DNA of 64,000 bases from positions 130,430 through 194,429 of the forward strand of contig NW_021832844.1 of assembly GCF_006345805.1 (NCBI RefSeq). The letters run 5' to 3'. The notes beneath the pieces are model-generated. The model saw only the letters and a program-made list of their open reading frames with translations. It was not told the DNA's origin and made no database searches. Below, piece after piece: positions 1-12,400 of the stretch (position 1 is the first letter of the stretch; each line of letters starts with the position of its first letter). This DNA comes from Octopus sinensis. Its lineage: Eukaryota. The translations under genes were made by a program, and so were the position numbers.

Positions 1-20
1 GACCGGGGCGTTGGTTATCA
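1..20 (-). mobile_element. Edge of a Jockey/I-like LINE copy (same family as the 35.2-35.7 kb fragment)
   Basis: Reverse complement of 1-20 (tgataaccaacgccccggtc) matches 35519-35538 (tgatagccaacgccccggtc) at 19/20 nt. Confidence 0.4.
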
Positions 21-99
21 ATAAAATTAAGCTTGTACAATTTTTCGAATTATCTTGATCTGTTAATAATTTTAAATTTCAAATGAAAACAAATTAAGT

Positions 100-1262
100 A
101 AGGAATGGGCAGAGGGGAAACTCTGGGGGGGCTAAAGCACGCACCCTCCTGCGGAAAGTACCGCATGCGTGTTGCCACGGAGAATAGCGATGGATATCCG
201 CTGCAATAGCCACGAAACCTCTTTCATCCTGTGGGCCAATTTCCACCCGATGTCGCTGATAAAGGCCGAGGTAAGAGGCCCAGCGACGCCCGATGTCTCC
301 AAAGCGATTAGTACGAATATAAAGCGGCGTCCAAGTTCTTGGTATTTTTTAATTTTGGCCGCTCAGCCTTTTCCGGGGAAAGTGACAGATGACATGTTTG
401 CCGATGGAGAGAAAGAATCGATTCACGTAGCATCCCAGACGAGGCACTTGCCGTCCCGAAAAAGAAAGATTTTCATTCCGTCTGGGCGTTTGCCGTCACC
501 ACGGTCCAATCCGACAGGCTCAAGTTGTGATGGAAAGCATGCAGCCTTGAGGGCTCTAAGCACGACGTCATTTAACAATGCGTGGCGGGGACTTCGACCG
601 GCACTCCTGCGACACGAAAGAGGGTGGAACCCTTTAGCGTCGACTTTGGCTTCATATCGGCATTGGTGGATGCTGCATATGTCGAGACCAAGCCGAAGGG
701 AGATCCCGATCCTCAGGCAGTCGTCATCCAAAAAGATTCCGGTTGATGTAGATGGGTAGGCGCCGAGCCATGCGCCGCTGTGAGGATGTGCGGCCGAGAG
801 TAGGCACGCTAGCCGGTGTTGGTCTAGCTCTGGTTTCATCTTCGAAAACGAGTCGGCGGCCCAGATTTCATCCCATTTCCGTTGCACGGACATGTCGGAC
901 GGGAGGGGTAGGTTAGCGTCGGTCCAGAAATTCGATAAAACTTCAGCCGACAAGTGCAATGAGAGTTCGTTATAGGAGAGTAGAATCTCATTGGCCAGGT
1001 GACGGCTGCTGCACATCGAAGAAAAATATTCTTTCGGGGCCAGATCCTTTGGCGAGCGAAGTCCAATACCTCCAAACCTGACGGAAAGTTTTCCTTGTAT
1101 CCACCCAATGTCATCAAATTTTACGTTGAGAATTGATTCGGCTGTGGATCTCAAAGAAGAATCCAGGAAATTCAAGATGTCAGGCTGAGAGAAGCATGGT
1201 AGGCAACGTAGAGTGAAAAGGAATCTTGGCATGTGAAGACTGTTTTTCAGCAGAAAAAAAGG
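100..1262 (-). mobile_element. CRE-clade non-LTR retrotransposon, 5'-truncated (RT C-terminus plus CCHC and RLE endonuclease), frameshifted near 423
   Basis: ORF 423..1232 has HQCRY..HPLSC..RHALLND..KRPDG..WDAT. The frame extends upstream of the ATG (FFLLKNSLHMPRF, to about 1262). The C-terminus continues in another frame (IALETSG..LQRISIAILRGN) to a TAG at 132-134. Confidence 0.9.
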
Positions 1263-3768
1263 AATAGTCCGTCTAGGCCCCCACAGCTGCTTTTCCCGAA
1301 TGAGACCCCTTTAACGAATAAACCTGAACGCACAAACCTTCGTAATAAAGTCCACGTCAAGCTTATGGAAAACGATGTTAAAGCTGCTGTTCGCCTTGTG
1401 GCTTCCGATGACGTTGTTCTACCTCCGTCGGAAGAGCTTCTCAAGGCACTCAAACTTAAACATCCGGCTGCCCCCACCGACCTCCGTGCTTTGCCAGTCC
1501 TTTCTGGAACCCCTACACATTCCTTTACACCCTCGGAGATCTTAAGCTGCATCGCGAGTTTCCCCCTCAGCAGCAGTGGTGGCGTGGACGGTCTTCGTCC
1601 TGGCCACCTACGTGACCTGACGTCCCCGGTTACAGGCGAGGCAAGAACCCGCCTGGTGAAGGCAATCACTGCTCTTTGCAATCGGTTTTTCTCCGGCGAC
1701 CTTATCCCGTATGCACGTGACTTATTCTTCTCTGCCAATCTCACTGCCTTGAGGAAGACCGATGGTGGAGTTCGCCCCATCGCTGTCGGAAATGTCTTCA
1801 GGAGGCTGGCTGCTAAGCTTGCTTGCAGGCTCGTCTCTACTGATCTTGGCGCATTTTTCGGACCTGTTCAACTCGGAGTTGCTGTCAAAAATGGATGTGA
1901 AGGCGCCGCCCACGCAATGAGATGTTATATCGCCAATCCGTCAGCCGATTCTCGCCATGACAGGGCACTTCTCAAACTTGATATCAAGAACGCATTTAAC
2001 TGCATCCGCCGGGATCACTTCCTGTCCGTTTGCTTCGACCAGTTCCCCGTTTTGTATCCCCTGGCGCTCTTGTCATATGGAAGACCTAGCTCTCTAGTAT
2101 TCGGTTCGGATATTATTCCTTCAAGTACGGGAGTTCAACAGGGCGATCCACTAGGTCCCCTTCTCTTTGCCTTGGGAATAAATGGAATAGCTCGGTCGGT
2201 TTCTTCCGAACTGAATATTTGGTATCTGGACGATGCCACTATTGGCGGCTCCCCAGAGACGATTTTAAGAGACGCTTTGTCGTTGGCACCTGCACTTCTG
2301 AGGATTGGATTGGAGATTAACCCCACCAAATCCGAATTAGTCGGTCTCAACATTCCTGATAAACGCCTTGACGACCTATCATCGTCCCTCCGCACTGGTC
2401 TTGGCCAAGTGCGCACGACTGACGTAAATGATCTCCGGATCCTTGGATCCCCCATCCTGCCTACTGCTATTAAGACTGATCTTCTTACTAAACATTCCAC
2501 GTTAACTATTTTGCTGGACCGCCTCACGTTTTTGGACAGCCACGTCGGCCTGTTTCTTGCGAGAAACTTTTTCGCCCTGTCTAAATTACTCTACTCCCTC
2601 AGAAGTGCACCTTGTTACCTACATGAGGACATTCTCACTGATCTCGGCGACTCCCTTCGCTCGAAGATCGAATCAATATGCAATGTCGAGTTCGACTCTT
2701 TGGGGTGGAGTCAAGCTTCACTCCCCATACGACACGGAGGCCTTGGAATTCGGTGCCCGAATGATGTTGCACTGCCTGCCTACCTGTCGTCACTTTCTTC
2801 ATGCCAGAAACTCATGGGCACGGTTCTTCCAACCGATTTTGAACATTACGTGCCCTCTGAGTTATCATCGGCGGTCCTAAAGTGGCACTCGCTAGGAATG
2901 GAAATCCCAAAAAATCAGTATAAGCAATTTGTTTGGGACGAAGTCCGCCTACAATCCCGAATCCAATCATTACGTACATCTCTTGACCAACACCGCTTGG
3001 CCTGCTTTGAGACGACATGTCGCCCTCACAGCGGAGCCTGGCTAAATGCCACTCCACTGCCGAGCATTGGGAACCTTCTGGACAGCGAGTCCGTACGCAC
3101 TGGTATTTGTTTACGTCTCGGTCTTCGCCTATGCGAGCCACATGTCTGCCGCTGTGGCGCGAAAATCTGTCGCTATGGATTGCACGCTCTATCGTGCAGA
3201 CGCAGTGCTGGCCGCATCCCGCGTCACGCCGCTCTAAACGACCTTATCAGGAGAGCCCTGGAAGTCGCCGGAATCCCCTCCCTGCTTGAACCCTCTGGGA
3301 TCGATCGGGGGGACGGAAAAAGGCCTGACGGGATAACCGTGTTTCCTTTCAACAGGGGGAAGCCTCTCACCTGGGATGCCACGTGTGTGGACTCTTTCTC
3401 GCCTCAGAACCTGCTGATGTCCGCCTCCGCTCCTGGATCTATTGTCACAACCGCGGAATGCAAAAAGATGCGGAAGTGCTCCTCACTTACGGAGAAGTTC
3501 CAATTCCTTCCATTCGCGGTTGAGACTTCCGGTTCCATGGGCAGTAAGGCAATCAGCTTCGTTCAGGAGATCGGGTCCCGCATGTCTGCCATCACAGGCG
3601 ACGCCCGCGAATCGAGATGGTTTTTTGAGCGAATATCCCTTGCGATAGTACGCTCTAATTCTTTCTCGATCGCGTCGGCTTCCCGCCCATGTAGCCTTTA
3701 ATTAATTAACTTGTAATTAAATACTTGTTTCATGAAAAAAAAAATATATAAATAAAAAAAAAAAAAAA
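1263..3768 (+). mobile_element. CRE-clade non-LTR retrotransposon, 5'-truncated, uninterrupted RT-RLE ORF with poly(A) tail
   Basis: ORF to 3701: LLKLDIKNAFN, GVQQGDPLGPLLF, WYLDD (RT); HVCRCG..HALSC, RHAALND, RPDG, WDATCVDS, FAVETSG (CCHC+RLE). A-rich tail at about 3735-3768. Confidence 0.93.
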
Positions 3769-6660
3769 TTAACTAAGTAATTTTACTAACTAAGTCCAGA
3801 GCCTTCGAAGTGAGCAGAAGGTGGCACTCCACGCACCTTCTCCCCTTCTTCCTCCGAGAAGGTGCAGTCCAGCGCCTCTTGCTGACTAAACGTCAGGAAA
3901 GGGCTGGATCGGCGAGCATCAAACGAGACACTTTCCAGAGTCCTCTTAAGAACAGTTGACTGTATATAAGCCTGTAGAGACTTATCTACATCCAACTGTC
4001 TTAAGTACCGCTTGTGGTATTTGATGACCAGTCCATCCCATGTCATTACACACGGGATGACATGGGATGGACTGGTGCATCAGTCCTAGCTCGTTTGCAA
4101 GGAGGTCATACTTCATCCTTTTCTCCACTTCCACTATCTGCAAACGGTCTAGGCACGTGATGCCCACCTCCACGATAACAATCTCCCCGGTGACCTTATC
4201 GTGGACCACAATGTCGGGTCTGTTGTGCTTGACAACAATCGAGGTGCGTATGGGGGTATCCATTTTAATGCACACCCGCGAGTTCTCACACACCGATTGA
4301 ACTCGATGGATTCGCAACTTTCTGGACCGCCTCAAGCCATATTTATTGCAGAGCAAAAGATGGAGGGACCTCACCACCTCGTTATGCCTCCACGTGTAAT
4401 CATGGTAAAGCATACTCTCGCACTTCGTGGCTAAATGGTCAACGGTCATTGCCTTACTCTTACAGTGGTTACACTGTTTCCGTTGACCATTAAAAAAGTT
4501 TCTATCCAGCAAATATGAGAACAACCCTTCAGATCGGGGAGAGTTATTCCCATATTTCAGCCACGTAGATGACGACGATACGTCAATGTGCGGGTTGTCC
4601 AGGCTGCTAAAGAGAGTCTTGTGAAGGACTTTTAAGTTGATCTTTTTAATTAAAGACTCCTTTTGAAGTTTGATCAACTCCTTCACATTAACTTGGGTAG
4701 CACCTAGACCATACTTAGCCGACACATAGCCTTTTATGGTCCCTAGGTGTGTACCACGCGCTTTTTCCGCAGCAAGGATGGCAGCCTTCCTTTGGGATAC
4801 ACTCGACCCACTCCACAAGGTGTCGTGCATCTTAGTAAGAATTCACTCACTTAAGTGTACGATGTTACTCAGTCCACGTCCTAGCTGCCCGCGAGACAAG
4901 TACAATCTCTCCTTATTGCTTGCCAACACGTGGACATGATTCTCTCGGAGTACTCTCCGGACAATAAGGTCCATTTCATCGTACTCACTCGGCTCGAATT
5001 CGATCAGGCCAACGTAGTAGTTCAGCAATGAGATGGCATACTCGTTCAAGGCATGAAATAAGTTCCGTGCATTGAGCCGAGTCTGACATAACATTGCCGC
5101 CCTACTACGCACACCCTCCACTACACACTTTCTCGTTTCGGGTGTGATTAATGAGGCTGGACTCTCAACCACACCAAGATACTTATATCCTTGGTGTTCC
5201 TCCAAGACTTTGACTAGGTCACCGCACACAGGGGTGTTAGTCGCCGACTTGTTGTAGTTGAGTTCCAACCCCACGGCCTTCATGAAACCTTTCAGGACTT
5301 TGCCCATCGAGTGGAGGATCTCTGAAGACCGAGCGAACAGCTTAATGTCGTCTATGAACATGAGATGGTTGGTGCTAAAACACCCTCCTTCATGTTCGAT
5401 CGACATTTGTTCGAATTGGGCAGTGAGGACTCTACTCAGCGGTTCTAGGCAGAGGACAAACAGCAGCGGAGACATGCTGTCGCCCTGTAATATGCCCCTC
5501 TCTAGCTTCACCTCGCCTATATCGCATTTGTTGTAATGTAGATGCACGTTCCACCTGTCCATCACAGTTGCAACAAATTTGATAAACCACATTGGCAACT
5601 TAAGCCTTCGCAGACACTCAACGAGGTAGGCATGATCAACCGAGTCATATGCCTTCTTCACATCCACCCACATCGACACTAGTGAGTTTCCGTGGGCTCT
5701 CGCGAGGCATTTGTTGATCAGTGCCTGCTCCTTAGCTCCCTGGCAATCCCGCCGAGTACCTAACTGGTTCTCGGACAGAATCCCATTCACCTCCACAAAA
5801 TTTCTGACCTCAGTAGCCACCACCTTAGTCATCAACTTGTACAGGTTGGGCATACAGGTTATCGGACGATAATCTGTCGGAACGGAAGGGTTATCTACTT
5901 TAGGGATCAAATAAGTGACCCCAGTACATAACCACTCTGGAATCGAGCCAGGGTCTAGTGTAAACTGTTCGATTGCTCGACACATGCAATCATGGATAGG
6001 TTTGCAATTTTTTATAAAGAAATTATACACCTTATCGACCCCAGGTGTCTTCCAGTCAGAGAGACGGGTTACTGCTTCATCGAACTTCTTGCGGATGTCA
6101 GTGACACCACAAAACTCGGTCATCAAAGGAGCATCGGGTCCACAAAACGGAAACGACACACCCTTGCGAGGACGTGCTTTCCACATACTCCCCCATGTAT
6201 CAAGCATTTCGGCCTTTTGCTGGGTACCCTCCTTCGTCTCTCCGTGCAACCGACGATAGAACAACCTGCGATTAAATTCAAACAGGTTGTTCTCCCGCCT
6301 GCGCTGACACCGAGACTCATGAGTTGAAAGCTTCTTCTGATAAACGAGAATCAGCTCCTCCCTCTCTGCCCGGACACGCCTCAACTCGTGAGGTCCCATT
6401 TGGCAGCTCGTTCCCGACGAAGTAAAGTACGCACCAAGGGGGGAGTCTTGCCCTTGACCCCATTGCTCACATTCAAAATGTGCCCAGTCAGCGCTTCCAG
6501 CTCGGCTTTCCTTGCGGCTACTTTTGCGGCAATGTTTTCTCTCCATCTACTCTTTGGGGCAGGCCTCTGAGTGATTTCATCATAGGTTGTCTGTGCCGAG
6601 TACAAATAGAGAGAAATCTCGTCCATTGTCTCCGGAGACATACTTTTATTATTAAATGGC
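3769..6660 (-). mobile_element. R4-clade (R4/Dong/Rex6-like) RLE non-LTR retrotransposon, 5'-truncated, frameshifted
   Basis: ORFs 6381..6737, 4843..6546, 3982..4830 and 3786..4046 join into one protein: NNLFEFNRRLFYRRL, WKTPGVD, GILQGDSMSPLLF, MFIDDIKLF, CNHC..DHLATKC, HNEVV, NRPDIVV..IVEVGIT..EK..KYDLLANEL. Confidence 0.9.
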
Positions 6661-6828
6661 ATTGAATAATTTTGTTTAGATTCAAATCTGGACCAGTCTA
6701 AAAAATTACCTAAAAATTGATTCCTAATAATAACCAAAATATGAGTAAATCACTAATAAAGAAAAAATTTAATCAAAATCAATAAAAAACAACCGTAAAA
6801 ATACTTTTTAAAAAGCGATAAATAAATT

Positions 6829-7733
6829 CTATTTAAATATTGAGGGAATAAAAGTATTGATGGGTAGAGTAAAGTTGTGAAGGTAGGTTAGGAAATGAGG
6901 GGCCACACAACGGGCACACCGAATTAGGGTCAAGCAGTCGTCCATCGAACGGTGAGACTCCTTTGGGATATCACCAAAAAATCTTCTATGTATTTCCACA
7001 AGAGAAAAAGACGGTTCTCTCATATAACTTTGCTTTGTTGGATGATAAGAACTGTCCAAAGTAAAATCCAATTTCCTCCGACTGCCGCTGATTACCCCAG
7101 CGGTCAAAAGTCCTGGACGGGCAGATGGTTTTACGGTAGGAATATGCGGAGGCAGCGCTCTCTTTTTGGGAGTGGAGAAAGAATCGCCTGGAGAATCCTT
7201 CCTCAATAAGTCATTCGTGTCAAGAATTCCTTTTTCCCGAAATAGAGCACGAAATATGTCGACTGTATCCGCTGAGAGCAAATCAGAGGAAAACGCGGAA
7301 GGATTAATCTCTGAGATCTTAGCCATTAGAAGAGGAAAGTCGAATCTCTGCCCATTGTGTGCGATCAGAACGGACTGTCCTCCAATATGGTTCAGAAAAT
7401 CACAGATAAGGTCCACAGAAAGTTTTCCAAAAGTACGAATTGGTTCTAACTCGTCGTTGTAAAGTCCAGTTAATTCGCTTACATTGGCAGGAATGACACG
7501 GCCAGGGTTAAAGCAAAGGGTCATTGTGTTAAGAACACGAGGAATTGTCCTCTTCTCCCAATCATGAAGGAATGAATCACAACTGAGAGCAACAAATGAT
7601 ATTTCCGTAATTCTATTCTTCCCAGTAAAGTCATTAAGACCAATCGATTCAATATCCATAAAAATGAGCGTGTCGATGCTCTTTAAGTAGGAGCACTAAT
7701 GTTTAAGAATAAAAGAATTACCATGTTTGTCAT
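6829..7733 (-). CDS. TREX1: TREX1/TREX2-like DEDDh 3'-5' exonuclease; probable 12-nt first exon (7722-7733) and 26-nt intron (7696-7721)
   Basis: ExoI TLIFMDIESIGL, PRVLNTMTLCFNP, SELTGL, ExoII LIAHNGQRFDFPLL, ExoIII SHRSMDDCLTL. Splicing gtaattc...cattag gives MTNM-CSYLKSIDTLIFMD in frame with ORF 6829..7659. Confidence 0.85.
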
Positions 7734-8141
7734 CGACGTGATCTGGTAAAAAGATCTTTTAATGTAACTTAACAACATGGCTCATCGTTAATTAGAATAG
7801 ATCCTTGCGACTTTTATATTTATATAAATAATATGTTATTTTGTTTAATTTAATAAATGTTAATTTAAATTTTGAACATAGAGATTTTAATTTATTAATT
7901 TTCGAAAAAATCCTTTGAATATTTATGCTAAGTATTTTTGAATATTTAAATTATACTTAAAGTTCACATAAACAAAAACTAGGAAAAGATTTAAATATTC
8001 GAAAATAATCATGAATTATGCATGATTATAAAAATGCGTAGGTAAACGAATTTTTAAAGAAAAAAATCCACGTCACATTCTTTGAACAAAACATGACGTA
8101 TAGATTGATGTATATAAAACAACCCTGAACTGTCATTCCAA

Positions 8142-8640
8142 ATGAAAACTCAAACTTATACTTGGGGGAATAAAGGAAAATGCAATAATTGTAAAAAAGA
8201 TGTCAATTGGAATATGAACATTTCTTCTGACACCGAGTTTCGCACAGCCTACAATTCCCCCAGACGTGGAGATCGAGGAATTCCAATTCCATATCCAGAA
8301 AACACCACTTGGATCTGTTTTGTTAAATTTTGTTAATATTTAGTACCGGGCAACCCATATGATACAGATGCCGACGTCTACTTGACTCAGACTACTAAAA
8401 ACGTTTATATGCACGTATTCTAAAGTATTTAGTGGCACAAATTCTATACGAAAATGCCAAAAATAAGGAGCAACATAAATAAATTTACTCCGCGTCCAAG
8501 AGGTGATTGTAAATCGAGGTGTCTTAGATAATGGAATATTTTACTCAAATAATGTAATGAATCAGCTCAATGACAGAATGACCAAAACCCATATAAATTG
8601 GTCTGCTGAAAATGCTTCTGCATTGTTTACAAAACCGTAA
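8142..8640 (+). CDS. Possible small multi-exon gene of unknown function
   Basis: ORF 8142..8336 can be extended through GT-AG micro-intron-like gaps (gttttg...atttag, 27 nt; gtattc...atttag, 18 nt) into WI-LPGNPYDTDADVYLTQTTKNVYMH-WHKFYTK. No family recognised. Confidence 0.3.
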
Positions 8641-8719
8641 AATCTCGGAAATAAAAAAACTAACAATTCTTAATATCACATCAATTTATTGAATTTGAAT
8701 AAAAAATTTGTCGTTTTAA

Positions 8720-9280
8720 AAAAATAATAAAAAGTCTATTTCTATAAAGATCAGCACAAAGTTCATTCTTTTTACAGTTCAAAAGTCTTTGCACACAGTT
8801 CATCTATGTTCTTATAAGAAACAATCATGTTTACAAGGGTCCTCTACTGATGTTAAGAAAACGTGCATATTGAGGAATTTTTGAGTTACAAGTCTATCTC
8901 ATGTTAAATGGGTACTATTTGTACTTTCATACGATAAATTAATTCCAGCTTTTTGGATTACATGAATGTATCTCCCTACTTTATAATTCCCATTTTACAT
9001 CTTCTCACATCTATTGGCGCAGTGGTCGACGGTCTTCTTCTATTTCATTCAGTGGGGACACATTGAGTTGTGTCCTTTAGAGAATAAATTTATATCTTTC
9101 ACAAGACAGAATAAGTTTTCAGACCGCGGAGATTTGTTGCCTTTGACCAGCCAGTTTTGAACATTCACAGAATCTTTTGTAACATTTTTGTATAAGATAG
9201 ATGAAGACATTTTGAAAAATCTAATTCTATAGGTACTTGTTCTAAACATCGACCACCTGAGTACGGCCACCTTTCAAACT
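8720..9280 (-). mobile_element. Degenerate 3' remnant of an R4-clade element
   Basis: GNKSPRSENLFCLVKD, CPH..KKTVDH..NRCEKM and KLELIYRMKVQIVPI are homologous to the other R4 copies; stops and an internal deletion are present. Confidence 0.7.
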
Positions 9281-9284
9281 CGTT

Positions 9285-9460
9285 GTTTTTATTTCAATCG
9301 CTTTGGAATCCACCATGCAGTGAGGACATAAGACGCATTACTTTCTTCGCTCGCTCGAGGGGTTTCAAGAATAAGACACGATTCGAGAGAGTCTCTTGGC
9401 TCTTGATATTTCTGTCAATCGCTGTGATCCGATGGAATAGCTTGAAAATTTCTTGTGGTG
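9285..9460 (+). mobile_element. Degenerate 3' end of a CRE-clade element
   Basis: FISIALES... and ERVSWLLIFLSIAVIRWNS match the CRE C-termini at about 134-300 and 3640-3700. Confidence 0.55.
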
Positions 9461-9498
9461 TACGGATGGTTGGTTTACAAAATGGAATAACCATATCT

Positions 9499-12400
9499 AT
9501 GGACGCATCTACTCAAAATAATAGTGAAAATTGTAATGGAAGAGTGGATTTAAATGTTCATGGTCGTCCTTATTCCTCCGGAAATTCACTCACTGGACCT
9601 CCCCAGCAGATATCGACAAGTCTGCTACCTCTGAAAGCTTTGTGTGACTCTGTCAAGTTTTCGAATCCTGGTGAATGGATGACTCAGCTCTTCGGGCTCG
9701 TCAAAGATCGGTTTAAGCGGATGCCTAGAGGAGGATGGCCTTTGACTGTGGATTACTTCAATCTGAAGTTTGAGAAGAAGAAATCAATATATGAACTAAA
9801 GAGGCTTATTTTAACCTTATATACTAAATGCTATGAAGAATTGTTGATTCAGATAGAAGAAAATAGTTCAATACCTTTTGAAGAAAGAATGCCTACTCCG
9901 AAAGTCCCTGCTCAATATATTAATCATCTGGTTATCGATTTGATTAACAGGGCTTTGATCCAATATACATCAGATAATCCTCTAAAATCGATTTATGACA
10001 TTTCTACTTTGATATATTCCTCACAATGTACTTATCATCGAATTACACAGAAAGAATTTTCACATCAAACTGGGTGGACAATGTGAAAAGGAAGATTGAG
10101 TCTTTAACTGAAAATGAGTCTATCATTACAAAGTTTTTTACCTCAACAGTAAGTGATGAGGAGAAGAAGAAAGCAACGGATATTCTTTGCTCTTTTAATT
10201 ATAAAAAAAATTGAAAAGTGGTGAATTTGAAAGAATTTCGACAGCCATGAATGATAAAATTAAAATTCTCAATAAGAAAGTGAATATTTATGATTCAAAA
10301 AGACAGTTCAGGAAGGATAACAGAAATTTTGAGTTGTATAGAAAATCCTTTTATAGAAGACTCAATTCTACCATCCAACATAATGAGTGTCTTGACACTG
10401 ACCGTTGCTTGAAGTTTTGGACTAATGTATGGAAATAAAGAGATATAAGTGAGTATCAATTGGCTGTGAATAGAAGAGTCACTGGTGCCGAATATCTCGA
10501 ACCTGATGTTAATGACACCTTCATTTTAAAGATCATCGAATTTCTCCCCAACTGGAAAGCTTCTGGCTGCGATGGAGTTTACAACTTCTTCATCAAAAAA
10601 TTGGACTCCCTACATAAGTTTCTATTTGATGAGATCAGAAATATCATTACTGGAAGCAGTCAACCCCAGAGTTGGTTTTTTACCGGAATAACTTATCTTA
10701 TTCCGAAAAAGGATAATTCCACTGAAGCCAGTGATTTCAGACCAATTATCTGTATGCCATGCCTTTATAAACTCGTCACAAAGTGTGTAAATGAGAAAAT
10801 TGTTGAGTATTTGGAAACTTTTTATTAAAAGAAACAAAATTTAACTTAAGCTAGACTATTTAATTTAGATTCTCAGTCCCGATTATTGGAATCTCTCTCC
10901 TCCTTTTAGGAGAAGAGCTTGCAACCAGTTCCTCCTCACTCTCCATCTCCTAGTCAGATAGATTTTCTATTTGTCTCATATCTTTCACCGGCGTGTCACG
11001 GCAGCATGCCACTTCTGCAAGCTGGTAAGCAGCAGAGGCGTATTCTTCGGCAGATACTCTCACTCCATGTCTGTGTTCAACTACCATGCTTTCTAGAGTC
11101 CTTTTTAAAACAACAGATTGAATATAAGTTCTTGTGGCTTTTTCGATCGATAATTTGTCCATATAGTTTTTGAAATATCTCGAAACAACACCGTCCCAGG
11201 TCAAGACAACCGGGATAATCTTTACCTTTGCATCATAAAGTATCGAAAGTTCGTTTGCGAGCAGATCATATTTATGAAATTTCTCGATTTCGACTTGTTT
11301 GAGGCGATCTTGTGACGTGATGCCAACTTCAATTAAGGTTATCTCTTGTTTGGTTTTGTCATACACGAAGATATCTGGTTTGTTGGATTGAACTTTAGTT
11401 TCCGTCATGATTGACATATCGACTCTGATTTCAACATTCTGCGTCGATATCATGGACTGAACAGAATGAGTCTTTAATTTGCTTCCTCTCTTAATACCGT
11501 AGGTTCGACACAAATGAAGGTGAATGCACTTCACAACTTCATTGTGTCTCCGCAGATAATCACTGTTTAACATCTTCCCACACTGCGTAGCCAAATGATC
11601 AATTGTTTTCTTGCATTTTTTGCAGTGACTGCATAAAGATCCCATGGATGTGAAGAACAAAATCCTATCCTGCAAGAGACAGTACAATGCTTCACTCCGT
11701 GGACCATTATTTCCTTTAGATAACCACTCTGAGGATGGCTAGATCAACATTTTGTTCGTCCATGCATTTGAATAGAACCGAATGTAGCATTTTACAATTG
11801 ATGTTCTGAAGCAAATATTTTCTTTGAGCATCTTTGATAAACTCAACACCCAAATTCTCCATGTCGAGAATTGCACACTTGGAGGCGAGAAATCCTGCAA
11901 TTGTGGCCATATGCCATTTATTTGTTTGTATCACACGCAGGATTCCCGATCTCCGTAAGCATACTGTCGACTGTCTTTCTAAACTTTTCATGAACTGGAA
12001 AAGTATCAGTTCACTTCTGAAAGAGACTGAAGCAAGTCCTCTCCCAAGAGATTTCCGATTTAAATATAACCTCTCTTTATTTGCAGGTTTGAGATGGAGT
12101 CTGAGAGTCGTAAGAAGTTGTCGTATTTGACGGTCAATACAATCAAATTCATGAGGTTCAATATTAATGAGTCCGATGTAATAATTATATAGAGAAATGG
12201 CATGTTCATTTATAGCGTGGAATAAATTTACCGCATTTAATTTCGTCTTTGAAAGCATGGTTATCCTTTCCTTTACATTTCCAAGGATAGAATCCATTAC
12301 TTTACTCTTAAGAACATTACTTCCTGCATCTTCAAGTACACCCAAGTAGCGATATCCTTTGACTCCTTCCAAAATCTCACAACAAGATAAAGATTTGACA

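Noticed and set aside
423-3701. Twin-priming inversion of a single CRE insertion
   Set aside because: The two halves overlap in protein coverage and are clearly diverged (e.g. MPRFLFTLRCLPCF versus LSKLLYSLRSAPCY), so they are separate elements.
169-6665. Many 60-200-aa ORFs antisense or out of frame to the retroelement ORFs (e.g. 169..759, 1247..1780, 2135..2527, 5915..6259)
   Set aside because: Shadow frames of GC-richer TE coding sequence with no motifs; the same applies to 11834..12130, 32077..32427, 33207..33635 and 35162..35674.
6660-7733. TREX-like exonuclease as a cargo domain of the adjacent same-strand R4 element
   Set aside because: It has its own stop, a probable intron and about 170 bp of AT-rich spacer, and the R4 is 5'-truncated within its own N-terminal region; no other R4 copy here has it.
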